This document shows positions 10,583 to 21,743 of a stretch of DNA of 64,000 nt, piece by piece. This DNA comes from Nitrosopumilus sp. (GTDB taxonomy: Archaea > Thermoproteota > Nitrososphaeria > Nitrososphaerales > Nitrosopumilaceae), in NCBI GenBank assembly GCA_018263505.1, contig JAANXA010000014.1:4319-68318 (forward strand), in the 5' to 3' direction. The notes under the pieces were generated by a model, which was not told where the DNA came from, did no database searches, and saw only the letters and a list, made by a program, of their open reading frames with translations. Within the stretch, counting starts at the first letter, position 1. Each line of letters opens with the position of its first letter. Made by a program: the position numbers and the translations under genes.

Positions 10583-11026
10583 CTAACATCCAAAATATTT
10601 TGCCCAACTACTATCTGAAAATTCACTTGTTTTACAATGTCTTGTTGATATTTCACCGTGACCTGATCTTAACATGTCCTCATTGAGTATTTTCCCATTA
10701 CACATTACTAATCCAATCACTCTATCGTAACTTCCTTTAGTCTGTAAATCATCTTCGTCTACTAAAACTGTAGAACCTATAGGACAAATATTTTCCAAGT
10801 ATTCTTTTGCCATAACCCCTTCCTCATTAAACAATTCAGGAGATAAAACTAATGCAAGTCTAATGGGTTTTTCATCTACCTTAATTGTATCCCCATCTGT
10901 AATTTGGGTAACTTTTCCTGTGATACATTGTGCTTCTCCTAAACATCCTGAGTCAATAGGTATTGTAATGACTAGAATTCCAACAACTATTAGAATTACA
11001 GGTATGGTATATTTTATTGGAATCAT
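10583..11026 (-). CDS. membrane-anchored staphylococcal-nuclease-like (SNase/thermonuclease) protein
   Basis: N-terminal TM helix, then GKVTQITDGDTIKVDEKPIRLALVLSPE and ...YDRVIGLV..., which resemble the SNase fold pattern. Confidence 0.65.
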   Translation of the reverse strand: MIPIKYTIPVILIVVGILVITIPIDSGCLGEAQCITGKVTQITDGDTIKVDEKPIRLALVLSPELFNEEGVMAKEYLENICPIGSTVLVDEDDLQTKGSYDRVIGLVMCNGKILNEDMLRSGHGEISTRHCKTSEFSDSSWAKYFGC

Positions 11027-11119
11027 ATTATTTTAAATGAAAACAGTATCTAAAAAACTTCATTCAACATCAATTCCGGTTTGATAAATTTTCTAGTTTG
11101 AGTATTTTTAATTGAAAAT

Positions 11120-11302
11120 TCAAAATTTAATTAATTTACATTCTTGTCCTTGTGCTCTGCATTCTGAACAATATAATAAAGGAATTTTTACATCTCCAAT
11201 TTTTTTAAAATTCAAATGTGCATCCATTATGTGACCACATTCAGTATTTTGACATTTTGTGTTTTTGTTGTCAAAAAATATTTGAATAGGTGATTCTTCC
11301 AT
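11120..11302 (-). CDS. small Cys-rich (zinc-ribbon-like) hypothetical protein
   Basis: 60 aa with CQNTECGH...CSECRAQGQEC. Confidence 0.45.
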   Translation of the reverse strand: MEESPIQIFFDNKNTKCQNTECGHIMDAHLNFKKIGDVKIPLLYCSECRAQGQECKLIKF

Positions 11303-11558
11303 AATTTTTTGAATTTTTTACTAGTTAAATTATTATCTACTTTTCCATATGTCTATTTTTTTGAGAAATTTTATTTTTAGATGGTACATTTTTCGAATGT
11401 ACCTAAATTCCTTTTATTGATAATATTTTACTTTTGTTACCTGACCATAGTGATGAGAAGTTATGGAAGGAGTCATCTTTGTTTGCTTCTTCTCATCCTT
11501 TTTATTTATTTTTGAATTATTTTCCAAATAATACTTCTAAATATATGTAAAAAATTGG

Positions 11559-11741
11559 ATGATTATGACAAAAACGATTAGTTGTAAAAATGCAGGAAAA
11601 GATTGTGCTTGGTCCGCATCAACAGAAACTGAAGAAGAATTGATGTCTTTAGTTACTGAACATGTTTTGGCAGAACATAAAGAAATTGAATTAACCTCTG
11701 AAAATATTTCAAACATAAAGTCATTGATCAAAGAAGAATGA
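11559..11741 (+). CDS. DUF1059-like small protein
   Basis: ISCKNAGKDCAWSASTETEEELMSLVTEHVLAEH matches the DUF1059 pattern (C..G..C...A.tEEEl...v..H....H). The start may instead be 11565. Confidence 0.65.
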   Translation: MIMTKTISCKNAGKDCAWSASTETEEELMSLVTEHVLAEHKEIELTSENISNIKSLIKEE

Positions 11742-11759
11742 TTGTTGATTTTTAAAATT

Positions 11760-14630
11760 TCATTCAATTAGTATTGCGGGTTTAAATGGTCTTGCATGTC
11801 TAGCTTTGCCTTTAGGGTCATAGATGTCTTCATCAGTTACTCCAAACACTTGAATGTCTACACCAAATTCTTTTTTACCAATACTTGATAATTCTGCGTA
11901 TAAAAATTGTTTTTCATTAAACTCTTTTGATTCTAATTTTGTTGATTTAATTTCTTCAGACTCTGAATGCAAGTCCTTGATTACTTTTTGAATAAAGTCT
12001 GGTATTTTTTTAGCATCTGTTGTTTGAGGATCTGCAATTAATTCTTTCATTACTACTCCCATATTGTTTTGACCTCCTACCATAATTTCTAAAATTTTTC
12101 TATAAACTTTAGATTTGAATTCATCAGAGTTTACATAAATTACAATTCTTTGTGGAGTAATTTTTGTTACTTTGAGAATATTTGCAATGTCCTCAATTGT
12201 TGATTTTAGTAGTTCTTCTGATTGAATTGATGTTGCATCTACATCTTCTTTTGAAAATTCAGGCCATGCTGATTTTGATACTTGTTGTGTATATCCTAAT
12301 TTTTCCCACATTTCTTCGGCAATATGTGGTGCGAATGGCGACAACATTGCAACTCTTGTTGAATTGATTTTATGTAATATTCCTGAAATATTGTTTCTGT
12401 TTTTGGCCTCTGCTCTCTTAGCATACCAACTCAAATCAGATTCAAATGAAAATAGTATGTCATGAAGACCTTCTCTTAACCTCATTTTTTCAACCGCCTC
12501 TGTTACTTGAGCAATCATACCTTGAGTTTTTGATATAATCCACCTATCTTCAGTCTCCAGATCTCCTACATCTGATGCTTTGAGGTTACTGCACTCATCT
12601 AGTAGTGATTCTAATTTGCTTTGAATTCCTGTAACACTATCCATATTGAAATCTGCATCTTGGAGTAGTTCAGCTGATGAAATAATTGCTAATCTAATTG
12701 GATCTGCTCCGTGGTCTTTGATTGCAGTTCGAAGTGGAATGATATTTCCCATACTCTTACTCATCTTTACACCATCCATCATTACTGAACCATTGACGAC
12801 AATTTCTTGTGGCCATAATTTTTTTCCAAATATTGCAACATGATTTAAGACAAAAAATGACAAGTGATTTTGTACAAGATCTCGCCCTGAATGTCTAGAG
12901 TCAACTGGGTAAAAGTATTGGAATTCTTTTTTGACCATACTGATTATATCTTCAGATAATTTTGATGTACTAACAGCTAGTGACATATCTCCTTTATCAA
13001 GTAAAATATAATCAAAGAATTCTTTTGTAAGATTTTCAGGTTTTAGAGTTCCATCATTTACAAATCTTGACATTGTATAGTATGCCATGTAAATTACACT
13101 ATCGGATAAACTCTCAACAATCCAATCTTTGTCCCATGGCAGATTAGTTCCCAACCCTTGTTGTCTTGCACATGCTCTTTCATGTAGCCAATCAATTACT
13201 TCTTTGAATTCGGTTGTTATTTTATTTGGTAAGATGTTCATTTCATCAAAACAGTTTCTTGCAGTTTCTTTCCACTCTTCATCACCGTAATTCAAAAACC
13301 ATTGATTGTTCAAAACTTTAACAACACATTCTGTTCCACAACGACATTTTACTGGAGCATTTTCAAGTACTGGGAATTTTTCTAGATATTTATTTTTCAT
13401 TAACCAATCTCTAACTTTATTTCGTCCAAACTGAACTTTCTCATTTTGGAAATCTCCACACTTTTCATTTAATTTCCCATTCGTGAATTCTTTAAGATAC
13501 AACTCATTTGTTGCCTCTTCTAATTTTTGGTCAGATTGGTCTGATACTCCCATCTTTTCACAAATTTCTTTTGCAGGAATTTCACCATACCCTTCAGTGA
13601 AAATGATTGGAGTAGGCTCAATTTTTGAGGCTAATTCATGATTTTTAGTCTTGAGATCCATTAATGCTTGATAATCCTTTGGTGCATGGGCTGGAACTGA
13701 CATGACTAGACCTGTTCCTATACCAGGTTCTACAAATTCTGCTTCTAAAATTGGAAACTCTTGATCGTTGTGTAATGCTGTGGCATACTTTCCAATTATC
13801 TCAGTTCCTGCAATGTCTCCTTTAATTGTAATTTTTTTTCCAAAGAATTCTAATTTTTTTGCACACTCTTCTGAAACAATCCATTTTTCATCATCTGCTT
13901 TGATTTTTTTGTAAATAGTATTTGGATTTGCCCAAAGATTAGTTATTCCAAAAATTGTTTCAGGACGAAGTGTTGTTACTGGAAATATATATTCACCAAA
14001 TTTGAATTTGACTAGATGATTTTTATCATCAATTTTTGGTTCAACATCTCCCATTGTATCGTGTTGTGATACTGGGTTTTGATCACGTGGACACCATCCT
14101 ACTGGGTGTGAACCTTGAATAATTTTACCATTTTCTTTAAGTGTTGTAATTTGCCATTCAATAAATTTTTGATAACCTGGAACAATTGTGGTGAACTCTC
14201 TTCTCCAATCAATAGAGTAACCCATTTCAATCATTCCAGCTTTGATTTCTTCATGGAAATAATCTGCAATTTTTATTGGTTCAACAAATGTTTTGATGTC
14301 TTCTTCTGGAACATGGTAGATGTTTCGTAACCCATCAAGAATTTCTTTTTCTTGAGATTGGATTCTTTTTGCCATTCCTAAAACTGGAGTTCCAGTATAA
14401 TGAAATCCCATTGGAAATAATACATTGAATCCTCTCATTCGATAAAATCTTGCATGTACATCAGCTAGTGTGTATGTTCTTCCATGTCCAATGTGCTGTG
14501 GAGAGTTTGGATATGGATATGCAACTGTAATGAATTTTTTTGGTTTATCATTTGGATTTGTTTCAAAGTCTTTTGACTCATCCCATTTGGTTCTCCATTT
14601 AGTTTCGATTTGGTTCCAGTTAATTTCCAT
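11760..14630 (-). CDS. leuS: leucyl-tRNA synthetase (archaeal type)
   Basis: HIGHGRTY (HIGH) and KMSKS motifs. 956 aa. CP1 editing-insertion pattern. Confidence 0.95.
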   Translation of the reverse strand: MEINWNQIETKWRTKWDESKDFETNPNDKPKKFITVAYPYPNSPQHIGHGRTYTLADVHARFYRMRGFNVLFPMGFHYTGTPVLGMAKRIQSQEKEILDGLRNIYHVPEEDIKTFVEPIKIADYFHEEIKAGMIEMGYSIDWRREFTTIVPGYQKFIEWQITTLKENGKIIQGSHPVGWCPRDQNPVSQHDTMGDVEPKIDDKNHLVKFKFGEYIFPVTTLRPETIFGITNLWANPNTIYKKIKADDEKWIVSEECAKKLEFFGKKITIKGDIAGTEIIGKYATALHNDQEFPILEAEFVEPGIGTGLVMSVPAHAPKDYQALMDLKTKNHELASKIEPTPIIFTEGYGEIPAKEICEKMGVSDQSDQKLEEATNELYLKEFTNGKLNEKCGDFQNEKVQFGRNKVRDWLMKNKYLEKFPVLENAPVKCRCGTECVVKVLNNQWFLNYGDEEWKETARNCFDEMNILPNKITTEFKEVIDWLHERACARQQGLGTNLPWDKDWIVESLSDSVIYMAYYTMSRFVNDGTLKPENLTKEFFDYILLDKGDMSLAVSTSKLSEDIISMVKKEFQYFYPVDSRHSGRDLVQNHLSFFVLNHVAIFGKKLWPQEIVVNGSVMMDGVKMSKSMGNIIPLRTAIKDHGADPIRLAIISSAELLQDADFNMDSVTGIQSKLESLLDECSNLKASDVGDLETEDRWIISKTQGMIAQVTEAVEKMRLREGLHDILFSFESDLSWYAKRAEAKNRNNISGILHKINSTRVAMLSPFAPHIAEEMWEKLGYTQQVSKSAWPEFSKEDVDATSIQSEELLKSTIEDIANILKVTKITPQRIVIYVNSDEFKSKVYRKILEIMVGGQNNMGVVMKELIADPQTTDAKKIPDFIQKVIKDLHSESEEIKSTKLESKEFNEKQFLYAELSSIGKKEFGVDIQVFGVTDEDIYDPKGKARHARPFKPAILIE

Positions 14631-14637
14631 TTTTCAT

Positions 14638-17307
14638 TTATCCTAAAATCATTGATTTTGCTTTTTGTATTGCATCGTCTTTTTTAGATGTGTCTTTACC
14701 TCCACCTTGAGCAAATTTAGCATCTCCTCCACCAGAACCGCCTAAAATTAAGGCTACCTCCTTGGCAATTTCACCTGCATTTATGCCTGATTTCTCACCT
14801 GCAAATATCATTATTCTTATGGTTGGACCTCCTTCAAAAATTCCACAAAATGCTGCTGAATTATCTTTTGCAACTAGTTTCTTTCCAAAGTTTTGATTGA
14901 AATAATCATCATAATTGTTACTTGATGTAAAACAAAGTTTTCCTTTATTGCTAATTTCTTCAGATTCTAATGATTCTCCTGCTAGAACTTTTCTAATAAA
15001 TACTGGAATTTTCTCTCTTGCTTTGTCTTTGTTTTCTTCTCTTTGTTTTTCTAGTTGTTGTTTTTCAATTGTTTGTTGTTCTTTTCTCTTTGATTCTTCT
15101 TCTTGCTCTTTGACATAATCAAATGCATTTGGTCCTGAAACAAATTCTAAACGAACAACACCATCTTGAATTCTCTTTGTCTTTGTAATTTTGATTAATT
15201 CTATTTCTCCTGTTTTCTTTACATGAGTTCCACCACAAGCTTCAACATCTTTGTCTTCAATTGATACAATTCTTACAGACTTTACTGGAACTACTCCACC
15301 TTGATAAATTCTAAATCCATATTGTTGTTCTGCAGTACCTCTATCAAAGTATTCAATCTTAACTGGATAGTTGTCTTTGATCATTTTATTTGCTGCATTT
15401 TCGATTTGTTTTACTTGTTCATTATTTAGTGATGAATGATGTGTAATGTCTAATCTTGCATGATCATCATCTTTGAATGCAGAGTGTTGCCAAACCCATG
15501 AACCTAAAACACTTCGAGCTGATGTATTGATAATGTGAGTACTTGTATGGTTCTTTGTAATGTTTGAACGTCTTGTAATATTCACTTTACCCTGAACAAT
15601 ATCTCCTTCCTTTGGAATTCCACCTTTTAATTTATGAACAATAATGTCTGCATGTTTATCAACATCGATTACCTCAAATCCTGCTATACTTCCATGGTCA
15701 GGCTCTTGTCCCCCACCTCTGGCATAAAATGATGTTTTGTCTAATACTACTTGATCATCAAATACTTTGATTACTTTGGCCTCAAATTCCATTGGATCAT
15801 CTTTGTAAAATAGAGTTTCAGTTTCTGGAAGTTGTTCTAATGGCAATTCTGTTATTGCTTTTTTCTTTTCTGATTGGTGTAAATCTGATAATTTGGAGTA
15901 AAATGATGATGGAATTTCTGTAATTGCATTTACTTCTTTGAGATATTCTGGAGTAATTCCATCTGATTCGTAAAATGTAATGAGTTCATCAACTGTTGGA
16001 GTACCTTTTTCACGAATTTTTTCTGCTTTCTTCTTCATGTGAACTTTAGATTCTTCATATCTGGCAGATTCTATTTTGAGAATTTGTTTGACATCTTCTC
16101 TTTTTTCGTCAAGTTCAGGATAGGTATCTTTTAGATAATCAATATGTGTATCAATCAAGTCATCGATGTCTAGTTTGAGATTTAATTTGCTAACTGTTGC
16201 ATTGATTCTTCGTAACATCATTCTGAGATTATATCCTCCACCAACATTACTTGGAAGTGCACCATCTGTAATTGCAAAAATTAGTGTACGTAAATGGTCT
16301 GCAATTAGATACATTCCTTCCATTGGTGTGATCATTTTAGATAACTGTTCATCTGTAATCTTTGCATTTTTTATTGCAAGACGTCTTACTTGGTTTAAAT
16401 CATCAAAATGATCAATTTCCTTTGCAATCTCTGTGAAATATTTTCTTAAAATTTCTGAATCAGAATCAATTCCAATTATGTTAAATAATTTTTCATTAAT
16501 TGGTCCAAAACAACAATCATAGGCTGTAGGTGTTCCCATTGTAATCCATGCAAATCTTTCTAATCCTGCACCCATATCGATTACTCTTTGGTCTAGTGTT
16601 GTGTGTTGACCTAACTCTCCTTGGAATTCTGTAAATACTGCATTTCCTAATTCTAATCCTCTTACAAAATATTCTAGTGATGGTCCAAAAGAACCACCAC
16701 CAGCCCAAACGTCTTCCACAAAAATTACTTCTTCTTCTTTAATTCCAAATTGATCAGTAAGTAATCTATAATCCAAATCAACACATTCATCTTTCCAATA
16801 TCCTTGATTATTTGGAACACTATGTTGTCCAATCATACAGAAACTTGAGAAATGTCTTCCAGTGACTCCTACATTTTCTAAATCTTTGAATCTTAGACAT
16901 GTTTGTGGAACAACTAAAGGATTTGCAGGGAATTCAAATACCACCTTTGAACCCATTATTCTTTGAAAATCTACGATTGATGCAATTGTAAAATACAAGT
17001 CATCTCGCCATCTACACACAACGGGATACCTACTTACCGATGTGTGATTATTTTTCACAAAAAACTCTTCTACTTGTTTCCATGCTTGTGTATAGTCAAA
17101 TCTCTTTGAGGTTGGTGGTTCTCCGATAAATGAATAAGTATCTACTCCATCATCTGGACATAAATCTCTCTCTGCATCTAAAGTCCAAAAGAATCTGCCA
17201 CATTTGGTACATGCTTTTCTAATGAAGCCTTGGTCTTGGAATAATTTGACATTATAGTATTTATCAGGATCTGATGAAAATTCTTTCAGAATTTCTTTTT
17301 TGTCCAA
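14638..17307 (-). CDS. alaS: alanyl-tRNA synthetase
   Basis: 889 aa. Class II core. Editing-domain HTSTH...CGGTHV. Apparent TTG start. Confidence 0.95.
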   Translation of the reverse strand: MDKKEILKEFSSDPDKYYNVKLFQDQGFIRKACTKCGRFFWTLDAERDLCPDDGVDTYSFIGEPPTSKRFDYTQAWKQVEEFFVKNNHTSVSRYPVVCRWRDDLYFTIASIVDFQRIMGSKVVFEFPANPLVVPQTCLRFKDLENVGVTGRHFSSFCMIGQHSVPNNQGYWKDECVDLDYRLLTDQFGIKEEEVIFVEDVWAGGGSFGPSLEYFVRGLELGNAVFTEFQGELGQHTTLDQRVIDMGAGLERFAWITMGTPTAYDCCFGPINEKLFNIIGIDSDSEILRKYFTEIAKEIDHFDDLNQVRRLAIKNAKITDEQLSKMITPMEGMYLIADHLRTLIFAITDGALPSNVGGGYNLRMMLRRINATVSKLNLKLDIDDLIDTHIDYLKDTYPELDEKREDVKQILKIESARYEESKVHMKKKAEKIREKGTPTVDELITFYESDGITPEYLKEVNAITEIPSSFYSKLSDLHQSEKKKAITELPLEQLPETETLFYKDDPMEFEAKVIKVFDDQVVLDKTSFYARGGGQEPDHGSIAGFEVIDVDKHADIIVHKLKGGIPKEGDIVQGKVNITRRSNITKNHTSTHIINTSARSVLGSWVWQHSAFKDDDHARLDITHHSSLNNEQVKQIENAANKMIKDNYPVKIEYFDRGTAEQQYGFRIYQGGVVPVKSVRIVSIEDKDVEACGGTHVKKTGEIELIKITKTKRIQDGVVRLEFVSGPNAFDYVKEQEEESKRKEQQTIEKQQLEKQREENKDKAREKIPVFIRKVLAGESLESEEISNKGKLCFTSSNNYDDYFNQNFGKKLVAKDNSAAFCGIFEGGPTIRIMIFAGEKSGINAGEIAKEVALILGGSGGGDAKFAQGGGKDTSKKDDAIQKAKSMILG

Positions 17308-17396
17308 CTATGAAAACTATTTTCCTCCGATATTAAGAATTGTCGATTAACATTATTTTCTATATTTTAAAATTGAATTAAATATTTCATCACGTA

Positions 17397-18347
17397 ATGA
17401 AAACTGCATGTTTTGATGGAAAACAAATGAAATATGTTCAAAACTATCCCTACCCAAAACCTGAAGAATCTTTAGTCAAAGTCAATTTGGCAGGAATTTG
17501 TGGAACTGATTTAGAAATTTTAGGTGGATACATGGAATATCGTGGAATATTGGGTCATGAATTTGTTGGAACTGTTAAACATTCAGATAATTCAAATCTA
17601 GTTGGGAAAAGAGTTGTAGGTGAGATAAATGTTGGATGTAATGAATGTGATAATTGCAAAAAAGATTTGCAAAGACATTGTCCTAATAGAACCGTCCTTG
17701 GAATTTTAAAACGAGATGGTGCTTTTGCTGAATTTTTATCATTACCTTCAGAAAATTTACATGTCATTCCTGATTCTATTTCTGATGAACAGGCAGTGTT
17801 TATTGAACCTCTAGCTGCTGCATTTGAAATTAAAGAACAAGTTTCTTTGAATCCTGAATGGGTTGTAGCAGTAGTTGGTGATGGAAGACTTGCACAAATG
17901 ATTTGTCAAGTACTAAAACTATCTTGTTCTAATGTTACTTGTTTTGGAAAACATCAAAGTAAATTAAAACATATGAAAAAATTATCTATATTGACTAAAA
18001 TTGGAATTGATTCATTATCTCACCAATTTTTTGATTTGGTGGTAGAGGCTACTGGAAGTAATTCAGGATTTACTGATACTATGAAACTTGTAAAACCTCG
18101 TGGAACTGTGATTCTTAAATCAACTATTGCGTCAAGAGAAAATCTTGATTTGACTCCTACCATTGTAAATGAAATTACTTTGATTGGTTCTCGTTGTGGC
18201 TTGTTCAAACCTGCTATTGATGCATTGGCAACTGGAATGATTTCAGTTGATTTTATGATTGATTCTATTTATCCCTTGGAAAATTTCTCCGATGCAATAG
18301 AACATGCAAAAAAATCTGATACTTTCAAAGTTTTTCTAAAACCTTAG
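17397..18347 (+). CDS. zinc-dependent alcohol/threonine dehydrogenase family (MDR) oxidoreductase
   Basis: GHEFVGTV catalytic Zn motif. Structural Zn CNECDNCKKDLQRHC. GDGRLA Rossmann segment. Confidence 0.85.
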   Translation: MKTACFDGKQMKYVQNYPYPKPEESLVKVNLAGICGTDLEILGGYMEYRGILGHEFVGTVKHSDNSNLVGKRVVGEINVGCNECDNCKKDLQRHCPNRTVLGILKRDGAFAEFLSLPSENLHVIPDSISDEQAVFIEPLAAAFEIKEQVSLNPEWVVAVVGDGRLAQMICQVLKLSCSNVTCFGKHQSKLKHMKKLSILTKIGIDSLSHQFFDLVVEATGSNSGFTDTMKLVKPRGTVILKSTIASRENLDLTPTIVNEITLIGSRCGLFKPAIDALATGMISVDFMIDSIYPLENFSDAIEHAKKSDTFKVFLKP

Positions 18348-18404
18348 AATTTCTCAATTAATCCATACTAACAAATTAAATACAATACAAATTCTAATCT
18401 ATCC

Positions 18405-18914
18405 ATGTTTGGGAAAAAACCAGAACTCAAAGAAGGAACTTATGTTTTTTCTGTCAAAAAGAATGGTAATTTCAATGACTTTATCTTTGCTGCAGTTACT
18501 GGAGTTGATGGGAAAAAAGTTGGTATTACTGGAGTTATTGTAAATCCTGTTGGGCTCAAAAACAAATTGGAACAAGGGAAAACTGGCGAACGTTCCCGAG
18601 AAATTCTAGAAAATCCTACACCTGATAATGTTGTGTTAGCTTTGGTCTATCGAGTAGAACATGAAAATTATTCAGGTGTTTTAGATCTTGATTCTGATAA
18701 ATGTGATTTGATTCCTCCAAAAGTCTTTGAAATGTTAGATGGTTGGATTCGTGAATCTCTTCCCGAATTTATCAATACGGTTCTTTCTTTACCTGCTGGT
18801 AACGAACGTGATGAAGCTAAACGTGTTTTAAGACAAAGAATGGATACTTTAGTGGATAAAAATTTGAAACGTACACTTTATTCTATTTGTCGTAGTCTGA
18901 AAATTTTGAACTAG
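18405..18914 (+). CDS. hypothetical protein (169 aa)
   Basis: ORF with ordinary protein-like composition. No motif recognised. Confidence 0.5.
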   Translation: MFGKKPELKEGTYVFSVKKNGNFNDFIFAAVTGVDGKKVGITGVIVNPVGLKNKLEQGKTGERSREILENPTPDNVVLALVYRVEHENYSGVLDLDSDKCDLIPPKVFEMLDGWIRESLPEFINTVLSLPAGNERDEAKRVLRQRMDTLVDKNLKRTLYSICRSLKILN

Positions 18915-18980
18915 TGTTTCTAACTTTTAGGCATAATTTCTCTATAGTTTTATATTATGCCCTAAGAAATCTTTGGTACA

Positions 18981-19283
18981 ATGGAATATGTTTACGCTGC
19001 TTTACTTCTTCACAAACTAGACAAAGAAGTTAACGAAGCAAACCTCAGTTCAGTTGTTAAGGCATCTGGCGCTGAAGTTAATGAAGCTCAAGTTAAATCT
19101 CTAGTTGCAGCATTAGCCGATGTAAATATTGATGATGCAGTCAAAGCCGCACCTGTAGCAGTTGCAGCAGCCGCACCAGCAGCAGATACAGCAGCAGCAG
19201 GTGATGAAGCTAAAGAAGAAAAGAAAGAAGAACCTAAAAATGAAGAAGCAGCCATGGAAGGACTGTCTTCACTATTCGGTTAG
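18981..19283 (+). CDS. rpl12: 50S ribosomal stalk protein P1 (L12e)
   Basis: [12 protein letters not shown]-terminus, Ala-rich hinge and acidic tail ending [13 protein letters not shown]. Confidence 0.92.
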   Translation: MEYVYAALLLHKLDKEVNEANLSSVVKASGAEVNEAQVKSLVAALADVNIDDAVKAAPVAVAAAAPAADTAAAGDEAKEEKKEEPKNEEAAMEGLSSLFG

Positions 19284-19362
19284 AAAACTACATTTTTTTC
19301 AACTTAATTTTGATCTTTATTTTTATCAATCTTAATTAACATCTGCATACATTTTTTATTGA

Positions 19363-19995
19363 TTGGTTGATTTCACATTTTCTTTAGATGGTTTTATCAG
19401 TATTTTTGATTATTTAGGGACTATTGCTTTTGCAATTACTGGAGCTTCCAAAGCAATTTCTCACAAAGCTGATATTTTTGGAATTATTGTTTTAGCAACT
19501 GTAGTTGGAGTTGCAGGCGGTATTACACGTGATGTTATTTTTGGAAAATTTCCAATTGCATTTTCTGATCCAATATATGTGACTTTGACTGTGATTACTG
19601 GAATTGTAATGTTTCTTTTATATTCATATTTGAAAAAGAAAATGAATATTTGGTTGATAGTTGATGCTATTGGTTTAGGTGTATTTTCAATTATAGGTGC
19701 ATCTGTTGTGTTTCAAATTTTGGGATTGGACTTTCTTCCAATGCTACTTGGAGGAATGATTACTGCAATTGGTGGTGGGATATTACGTGATGTGTTTGTC
19801 CGAGAAATCCCTATTGTTTTTGTCAAAGAGGTATATGCTGTAGCAAGTATTATTGGAATCATAATTTTCTATATTATTTTATCAGTTTCTGATGAAATTC
19901 AATTTGCATCTATTATTGGAATAGTCTCTACTACTGGAATTAGATTATTGGCAATGAAATATGATTGGAATCTGCCGCGTGTTCGTGAAACTTAA
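19363..19995 (+). CDS. TRIC/UPF0126-family membrane channel protein
   Basis: Seven hydrophobic helices with the duplicated motif GG(I/G)(T/L)RD (VAGGITRDVIFG and IGGGILRDVFV). Confidence 0.8.
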   Translation: MVDFTFSLDGFISIFDYLGTIAFAITGASKAISHKADIFGIIVLATVVGVAGGITRDVIFGKFPIAFSDPIYVTLTVITGIVMFLLYSYLKKKMNIWLIVDAIGLGVFSIIGASVVFQILGLDFLPMLLGGMITAIGGGILRDVFVREIPIVFVKEVYAVASIIGIIIFYIILSVSDEIQFASIIGIVSTTGIRLLAMKYDWNLPRVRET

Positions 19996-20055
19996 CTTTT
20001 TTGAACGACTGATTGATTTGACTATTTGTATGTGAGAATTATAATTAAATTATGT

Positions 20056-20922
20056 TCATGCTGGAGTGTAATCTTTTGCCTGACTTGCCACACCCCTAGC
20101 TTGTGAATCTGCTTTCTGCAAAATTTGCTCTTTTGTTTCATTTGTCATAAATCCTGACTCTACTGATAAAGAACGTGCATATTGTGATGCTTTTTCTAAT
20201 ATTTGTGAAATATTATCTGCAGTGATATATGCTGCTTCAATTGATAATGAAACTGCTTCTTGATGTGCTTGTGCAAATTCATTTCTTATCTTCTCAATAT
20301 CAATAATCATTTCGGTTTCTGAATACTTTAATCCCTCTTCTAATGCTGTGTAAAGTGAAATTCCTGCTTCTACTGGTTTGATGTCTAATTTTCCTAATAA
20401 TGCTGCTAGTTGTGCATTAATTGCCTCACCTTTCTTTACTGGTGTACTGTCTTTTGCAATCCAAATTGTTCCTTGATCTATTTTAGTTGGAATTCCTGCT
20501 TCTTTGAATTCTGTAAGCATTGGTCCTGGAGCAATTCCTGTATTTTTTTCTGGAACTACAACATCCATACTTGCAATATCTCCACCTCTGGCATTCATCA
20601 TGATTTTATTTTTTGAAAGAAGAACGTTTAGTTTGAATGGTGACATGTTTGTAAACATGAACATAACTTGTCCTTTTAATTCCCCTATCATGTCTTTGAT
20701 TCCTGGAATGTCTAATTGTTCAAATGCTTTTTGAGCAACTTTATCTTTAATGCTAACAAACTCTACTTCTCCTTTGAGTGTTTTTCTTAATGGTAAAAGT
20801 TGTGTTGAACGAACTTTTTCTGTTTTGATTATTGCCATGACTTTGTATTTTTTTGGAAGTTCTTGTAATTGCTGAAACATTACTGTTTTTCTTTTAGGAT
20901 ATGTATTTCTATTCTCATGCAT
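20056..20922 (-). CDS. rplP0: 50S ribosomal protein L10 / P0 (uL10)
   Basis: P0-like sequence directly downstream of L1, with an 8-nt overlap. Confidence 0.9.
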   Translation of the reverse strand: MHENRNTYPKRKTVMFQQLQELPKKYKVMAIIKTEKVRSTQLLPLRKTLKGEVEFVSIKDKVAQKAFEQLDIPGIKDMIGELKGQVMFMFTNMSPFKLNVLLSKNKIMMNARGGDIASMDVVVPEKNTGIAPGPMLTEFKEAGIPTKIDQGTIWIAKDSTPVKKGEAINAQLAALLGKLDIKPVEAGISLYTALEEGLKYSETEMIIDIEKIRNEFAQAHQEAVSLSIEAAYITADNISQILEKASQYARSLSVESGFMTNETKEQILQKADSQARGVASQAKDYTPA

Positions 20923-21577
20923 ATTTCTTCTTGACCTCTTGAATTTGTTTAACTGGTTTTCCCATTGTTGTTTTTACCATTATTCTTTTGATATTTTTCT
21001 CTCCGTTTGGTAATTTTTTTTCAATTGTATTTAGAACTGCATGTGCATTAATTGCCAAATCATTATCTTCCATTGTAACGTCACCAATTTTACATGATAC
21101 TGACAATGATGCTCTTGTTCTGACTTTAATTGATGATCTAAATCTTGCTAAGAATGCATCAATTGGTGCATTAAATGGAACCGGTGTTGGCATTTTTCCT
21201 CTCGGACCTAAAAGTTGACCTAAAGTCTTACCTACTAATGGCATGACTTGTGTGTCTGCTAAAAAGAAATCATATTTGTTAATGAATTTTCTAGATTCTC
21301 TTTTGTTAGTTGCAAATTTATCTAATTCTTCAGTACCTATCACAGAATCCGCATTTGCAGCTTTTGCTTTTAATCCCATATCACCTGTAGCCATTACACA
21401 GACTGTTGCAGGTGAACTAGTCTTTGGAAGTTGAACTACTTCATTGAGAGCAAATCCTTTTTTTACATCAATATCTTTGAAATTAACGATCAACTCTACT
21501 GCCTGTGTGAATTTTCTTTCTTTTGTTGCAGCTTTTGCTTCTTTTATCATTTCAGCAAATTGTGCTTCTGTAATCAT
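20915..21577 (-). CDS. rpl1: 50S ribosomal protein L1 (uL1)
   Basis: L1 pattern ...FTQAVELIVNFKDIDVKK...GKTLGQLLGPRGKMP... Confidence 0.93.
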   Translation of the reverse strand: MITEAQFAEMIKEAKAATKERKFTQAVELIVNFKDIDVKKGFALNEVVQLPKTSSPATVCVMATGDMGLKAKAANADSVIGTEELDKFATNKRESRKFINKYDFFLADTQVMPLVGKTLGQLLGPRGKMPTPVPFNAPIDAFLARFRSSIKVRTRASLSVSCKIGDVTMEDNDLAINAHAVLNTIEKKLPNGEKNIKRIMVKTTMGKPVKQIQEVKKKYA

Positions 21578-21743
21578 TACGAATGATTTCGAGATAGCCT
21601 ACTTAAAATCGTTTAGTGAACGGAAATTTTAGGAATAATTTATTGTAAAAAATTACATATTTCATATCAATTATTTACAAATTCGATACAAATTTTTCTC
21701 ATAACCTACATATATTGAACATTATTTTTTGATTTTAAGTATA

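Noticed and set aside
11440-11500. Possible C/D-box sRNA: GTGATGA C-box-like motif at ~11447 and a 9-bp inverted repeat atgagaag/cttctcat
   Set aside because: No CTGA D box at an appropriate distance on either strand, and no C'/D' pair. Too weak without covariance or expression data.
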